A stretch of 63,940 nucleotides of DNA, the filler included, from Kipferlia bialata (taxonomy: Eukaryota): NCBI GenBank assembly GCA_003568945.1. It is 3 parts of 3 records of this genome, joined end to end, with 100 filler letters (N's around TTAATTAATTAA, not from the genome) between each part and the next. Parts side by side here need not be neighbours in the genome. Positions count along the whole stretch, not along the records: positions 42,887 to 63,940 come from BDIP01000340.1; 2 more parts are not named here. One strand, written 5' to 3'. Shown here piece by piece: positions 63,529 to 63,940 of the stretch. The notes beneath the pieces were generated by a model, which saw only the letters and a list, made by a program, of their open reading frames with translations, searched no databases and was not told the origin of the DNA. Each line of letters starts with the position of its first letter. Position 1 is the stretch's first letter. The position numbers were made by a program, and so were the translations under genes.

Positions 63529-63863
63529 ATGATACTGGCAGGCATCAAGGATCCGTCCTCGGTCGGATTCCAGGTGTGTGGTGTGTTGGGTAACGGTCAG
63601 CATAAGTGGCGTCTCAATGTCTATTGTTCTGTCTCTACATAGGTCACCGAGAACAATTGGTTCGTCTTATGCTTAGTGATTAATGGGGTGCACCTCTGAA
63701 ATATATTGGCTGTATTCGACGGTGTTTACGGTCACGGTGTCGATGTTTAGTGTGAGGGTCAGATACACTGAGCTTCACTCCCTCCCTCTCACCTAGGTAT
63801 GCCTGCTCGTCTGCCTGAGTCTGATGCTGTTTGGCAACTACTGGAGCTATGACACCCCAACAG
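63529..63863 (+). CDS. MFSD1: MFSD1-like major facilitator transporter, first 2 exons (63529-63573, 63797-63863), 3'-partial
   Basis: MILAGIKDPSSVGFQ/VCLLVCLSLMLFGNYWSYDTPT resembles MFSD1 TM1 (DP....R..VL..MC..FGSYFCYDNP). Confidence 0.7.
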
Positions 63864-63884
63864 GTACTCTCTCTCTCTATTTGT

Positions 63885-63940
<56 letters not shown>

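Noticed and set aside
126..63593. Hundreds of short ORFs rich in YIYI, SLSL and ERER
   Set aside because: Translations of intronic (TA)n/(CT)n microsatellites, antisense frames or N runs.
1..63940. Transposons, tRNA, rRNA or a non-standard genetic code
   Set aside because: No transposase or RT motifs, terminal repeats or recognisable structural RNAs seen; TAA, TAG and TGA all end reconstructed genes, and no in-frame stops were needed in the exons I translated.

Overview
Intron-dense eukaryotic DNA from a flagellated protist. The short GT-AG introns have the branch point fused to the 3' splice site (CTVAC-N2-5-AG) and carry TA/GA microsatellites. This resembles fornicate metamonads such as Kipferlia, but the taxon is my inference. 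The window is at least three scaffolds joined by artificial N44-TTAATTAATTAA-N44 linkers (21399-21498, 42787-42886), with internal N gaps and a probable poly-G misjoin at 55086-55115. The ORF track is mostly uninformative. Manual splicing gives about 14 genes: a large GPI-type surface protein with two clan GH-A glycoside hydrolase modules, discoidin-like domains and EGF repeats; SPEF2/CPC1; a METTL2/6-type tRNA m3C methyltransferase; TMEM62-like; CEP76; an ENT transporter; WDR35/IFT121; DNALI1/p28; WDR74/NSA1; MFSD1-like; and four unknowns. Homology calls are from remembered motifs, not searches. The most striking unexplained pattern is dozens of 'splice-junction echoes': diverged tandem copies of exon-end+donor or acceptor+exon-start inside introns, up to 5 copies per junction, often with intact splice signals. 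A candidate AATAGA polyadenylation signal follows most stop codons.
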